Shown here: in pieces, positions 59,631 through 64,000 of the stretch
Layout of the letters: each line of letters opens with the position of its first letter
Position numbering within the stretch: the first letter of the stretch is position 1
Source of the DNA: Adineta vaga
Taxonomy: Eukaryota > Animalia > Rotifera
DNA length: 64,000 nt
Direction of reading: 5' to 3'
Assembly (NCBI GenBank): GCA_021613535.1
Contig: CP075492.1
Coordinates: forward strand, 3,906,001 to 3,970,000
The notes under the pieces: model-generated
Databases searched by the model: none
What the model saw: the letters and a program-made list of their open reading frames with translations, nothing else
What the model was told of the DNA's origin: nothing
Program-made: the position numbers and the translations under genes

Positions 59631-62529
59631 ATGCTCTATGGAATCTTATTAGAAAGTGCACGTGATGGAATTTGTCTTGGTTATGGTACACAAATATGGA
59701 AAAAGATTGTTCAAGAACTGAACTTTGAACATGAATCATTTACAACACTCGGAAGATATGAAGATAATTTAGTTGAAAAAATAGCGGAATGTAATTTTCT
59801 GTGCGTGTGAATATTCTCGTTTCATTCATTTATTCAATTAGGTTTGGCTGATATTCTTCATGAAGGAACACCAGAATATTATATGCAATTCTTTGGTGAA
59901 TGTTTTGTTCGATTCTTTACAAATTATGGTTATGATAAAATCTTACGCGTAGCTGGAAGACATTTTGGAGATTTTCTTCATTCAATTGATCAACTTCATG
60001 ATTCAACAAAATTTAGTTTTCCACGAATGAAATCTCCATTATTTCATGTACTTGAAGAAGATGAAAATGGTGCACTTCTTCAATATAAGTAAACGATCGT
60101 TCGATGTTTTATATGATATGAATTGAAGATATTTTTAGATCTCGTCGACGTGGTTTCCAACGCTATATCGTTGGCCAATTGAAAGAATGTGGATCACGAT
60201 TTTATAGCGAAGAAATCTATGTTCGAATTCAAGAGGATTTATCTACCAACGAATGTAACTAATGTTCTTTCTTTTTCATGTGGTAAAAAACAAGTCTTTA
60301 ATATTTAGATACACGAATTATCTTTCGTGTTGATTTTAATAATTCGGCAGCAAAAGAAACATCAAAACGTTTTCATAGTATTCCAAATTTACCTGATATA
60401 ACAAGTGACACATTCTTTAAAGTATTTCCATTTTGTGTTCTATTTGACCCATCAATGCGTATAACACATATGGGAAAATCAATAAAAAGTCTTTTCCCAT
60501 TTGATACTGTTGTAAATGGACGTCATCTTGATGAAATCTTTCGACTAATTCGACCAGATATTCCATTAGAATGGAATAATGTAATTGAACCATTTCTTTC
60601 CTAAGCTCTTGTTTATTTGTTTGTTTGTTTTTATCTAGATGCTTAGTTATGGTCGACATATTGTTTTTCTTATGGAAAGTCGAATAGCACTTCGATCGGA
60701 TAAAGGAAATAAATCCAATGACAATTCGATTACGAAAAAGCCGAAAACAACAGCTGGAATGACAGGAAGTTCAGCGATTCGATTGAAAGGACAAATGAAA
60801 TGGATAAGTAGTTGGAATATGATGGTATTTCTGTGTCATCCAATGTATGTTTTCTCTCTTTTTTGTTGAATATTAAATGTAAATGATTTGCTATAGATTA
60901 TCTACAACAGATGAAATGATGAATATTGGATTAACACTTCATGATTTAAATTTCTATGATGGAAGTAGTGAAATTTTAATTGCAGGAATACAACATGCAA
61001 GACAATTACAAGCAGCGATCGATAAGGTATATCAGATTTCGTAAAAAATACGAATTGAAAGACTTATTCGAATCAAATATGTTCAGAATAGCAAAAGAAG
61101 ATTGATTGCGTCTTTTTAGTCTTCATGTTTCATTGATATATTCTTTATATCATACTCAGTCCTGAAATAAGAAGGATTTATAAAAGATTAATATTTCATG
61201 AATTTTAGCAACATGCATGGATATCGAAATTACAAGCAACAAAAGTTGAATTACAAGAATGGCGACGAAAAGGAAAACGTCTTCTTTATTCCATGATGCC
61301 ACGCCATATAGCACAAATGTTACAACAAGGCATCGTAGCTAATTCAATTTGTGAAGTAATTCTTTTGAAAATATTATTGCTGTTCATATTATCAATTTCT
61401 TGATTTGTTTTTAGTCACATAAATTAATCACAGTCCTATTTTGTTACACATTAGACTTTAAAGATGTTATACAAAAATTGTCTCCGAATGAAATCGTACA
61501 AGTAGTGAACCAAATGGTGATTATTTTTGATCAATGTTCTGACAAATATGATGTTTTCAAAGTAGGTGTAATAATATGAGGAGATGAGAATTATATACTT
61601 TTATTAAAGGTTGAAACAAAAGCTGATTCATCTTATATGATTGTTTCGGGTATTCAAGAACGTGCACCACAACGACGAATATCAAGCAGTGTAAGTAGAA
61701 TCCTTTTTCTTTATTCAAACGATTGATTTTTTTGCCTTGTATAGTCTGGTTCAAGTATGCGAAGTTCAATAGGTGGAGATAGTTTAGATGAAGTCTTACC
61801 TGAGATAAAAAATCCACTTGGTTTAAATCAAGCAGAAATTGTTGCTGGACTTGCACTTGAACTATTAAAACAATCGAAAAAACTGATTAATAAAATAAGC
61901 AAATCACCATTCAAAGTTAAAATTGGTTTTCATTCTGGATCAGCTGTTGGAGGTATTGTTGGACATAAAAATTATCAATATTGTCTATTTGGTGACACGA
62001 TCAATACGGTAACTCAAATGTTCGTATCATATGAAGTTTTATTATTTTTCTCATCTAGGCTAGTCGAGTGACAACAACAAGTGACGTGAGTATTTATGTG
62101 AATGTAATTTTGAAACTATCTTCATAATCAATCGTTTAGATTGGTCGAGTTCATTTAAGTTCAACATCATGGGAATTGTTGAAAGATTCTTTATATTTTG
62201 AAACAAGTCCACGAGGACAAATTGAAATGAAGGTATGTTTCTTTTGAAACTAAAACAATAGAACATCTCATTTATATTTGTACTCATAGGGTAAAGGTGA
62301 AATGCAGACATATTGGTTAACTGGGGCCAAAGATGCATATATAGAACATGCATCAATCATAGAATCAAAGAATGAACTTCTTGAAAATGATGTGTTATCT
62401 GATTATCATCCAACAATGTATGAAATGAATGATCGAAAAAGATCATTAGCAAATGTTATTAATAAATTACCAAGTTCATTTGATCAATGTCCATTCAGTA
62501 GTTTTCGACCATCACCTTCATTTATTTAA
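59631..62529 (+). CDS. Atypical soluble guanylyl cyclase (H-NOX/PAS/coiled-coil/cyclase), beta-like
   Basis: MLYGILLES, FVRFFTNYGYDKILRVAGRHF, heme His in IDQLHDS, YK|SRR, VFPFCVLFD, IRLKGQM, LLYSMMPRHIA, VETKADSSYMIVSG, IGFHSGSAVGGIVG, YCLFGDTINT|ASR, RGQIEMK|GKGEMQTYWL. Many short exons. Confidence 0.92.
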
Positions 62530-64000
62530 AACTAAAATAAACATAAAATGCACGTTAAATTTGTTCATTGTTGTATTCATTATTGAGGATGTATTCGAAA
62601 GATTTGCGACGATTGTAATTTCGACCTTTCTCAAGAGTATGTATTGACTCAATTAGATTGATTAGCTGCTGGAAAGCTTATTGAAAGCATTAGCAAATAT
62701 TTCATATGATTAGTCTTGAAAAGTTCTACTGTCCAACTGTTGATAAGTCTATAAGCGTTATATGTGTCCATTTCTGATGAAGCATGAGCCTTTCGATATT
62801 AAACGTATCTACATTGATCACGCTATAGTCAGTATAAGAATGTTAAAATTATATTTTCAGCTACAGCTCAACAAATTACTGTCAGCCATTCAAAATGAGA
62901 ATATGTTGACAAGAATGAAAAGGAAAACTACACCACAACAGCATTTCAAAAGTTTCTTTATGTCCTATCGCTAGAGAAAGAGTCACAAAACTCTTCCTGT
63001 TCAAATTCAGTTACTCATCGATGATCTCGCCAATGTACGTCCTGAGCCACTGGTGTTGAAAATAAAGGGGCTCAAGATCACATGAAAATGCACCTCTCAG
63101 CAGGCTCAAAGATGAAATCGAAGATACCGACGACCCTAAGTGAGCTACTATGATGACTTCTAATGGTTTAGCTATTTGTTGGATGCTCTTATTACATTAA
63201 ATTCAGTTGTTAAATTAACACCCTATCTTGTTCAACAAATATTTGGACAGCATCTTCACAGTTTTGTTCTCAATTCTACTGCTTTTAAGAATAATAATAT
63301 CAATTAACATAATGTTCACGCAAGTGAAGAAGGAGATTATAGAATTGATAAATTCTATTTTATAGCTATTAAAACTACTAAGAACAGTACTCTTATTATT
63401 AAATTTGTTAATGTCGATATTTTCAAATTGAGGAATCATTGATATCCTCTTCTGGAATTGCTTATACTTAATCAGCTCATCCAGATGTTGATCCTTCTAC
63501 TGAACGAAACAGAGTAATAAATTCAAATACTGCGTCTATTATTACCTGTTCTGTTCTCCTAATTGATGGAACATATCCAATCATTATTCCTTGTTAGAGT
63601 GGTGTTGGTGTTAATTATTCTTTTTTTAGGTATTGAAAAGTTTTCAGCACATTCTCAATATTTGTTTTATTGACAACAGAAAACTGTCGATAAAATAGCA
63701 TCTCATGATGACACAGGTATATTGTCATTCCTCCTATTCATTCGTGTGTGACCTCTCGCTATTGTTTACTCCTTTTCTCTATATATAAACATGTATTGTA
63801 TTGTGAAGTTGTTACATTCTGAATATGTGAGAAGTAGTTAGCTAGTCGAACAGTTTTTTGTTACAAAAACTTTCTGAACTTTAAGTTTTGCTCTTCTAAG
63901 ATAGACAATCAGGAGATTAGTAATTATATTCATCGAAATTTTATTTTTAGTTTTTCTCTTTCATCTCAAAATAAAATACAAAAAAGAGTATGAAATACAA

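Noticed and set aside
59017-59631. Upstream ORF as first coding exon of the sGC
   Set aside because: Both candidate acceptors before ATG 59631 leave an in-frame TAA.
549-63439. Most 60-130 aa ORFs in the supplied track
   Set aside because: They are antisense or off-frame shadows of real exons, intron read-throughs, or F/L/I/Y-rich chance ORFs of AT-rich DNA.
62640-63600. Possible transposon-derived coding remnant (EKFYCPTVDKS...)
   Set aside because: Too degenerate, and no transposase motif can be supported.
1-64000. CRISPR array, rRNA, prokaryotic operon or defence system
   Set aside because: No regularly spaced direct repeats or rRNA-like sequence were seen. The gene structure is eukaryotic with spliceosomal introns.

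Overview
AT-rich, gene-dense eukaryotic DNA with many short (~45-70 nt) GT-AG introns, not a prokaryotic window. Metazoan core genes sit next to intronless or intron-poor genes of bacterial, fungal or protist character. The core genes are TSG101, MPDU1, an aminergic GPCR, a soluble guanylyl cyclase, an ELAV-like RRM protein, PHGDH and tRNA-Ala. This mix, plus pentapeptide-repeat and F-box-like families, points to a bdelloid rotifer (inference, no search run). Left part (1-15 kb): 5' end of a secreted glutathionylspermidine-amidase-type CHAP gene, a pentapeptide-repeat protein, an EF-hand protein, a CSR1-like CRAL-TRIO protein, phospholipase B, a decayed aldo-keto reductase, a GT32 glycosyltransferase next to a PIG-L de-N-acetylase, and a bacterial-type membrane protein. 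Middle (15-40.5 kb): a segmentally duplicated birth-and-death region. It holds 7 copies of an unnamed four-exon, four-TM gene family (4 intact, 3 pseudogenes) that the ORF track fragments. It also holds 3 copies of an atypical ELO elongase (1 intact) and 3 copies of PHGDH (1 intact), with microhomology-bounded deletions and apparent gene-conversion tracts. Right part (41-64 kb): single-RRM ELAV-like gene, dopamine-receptor-like GPCR, divergent glutamate-cysteine ligase, F-box-like protein, TSG101, tRNA-Ala(TGC), a small TM protein tightly linked to MPDU1, and an atypical O2-sensor-type sGC. Exon boundaries were read by eye and may be off by a few nt.
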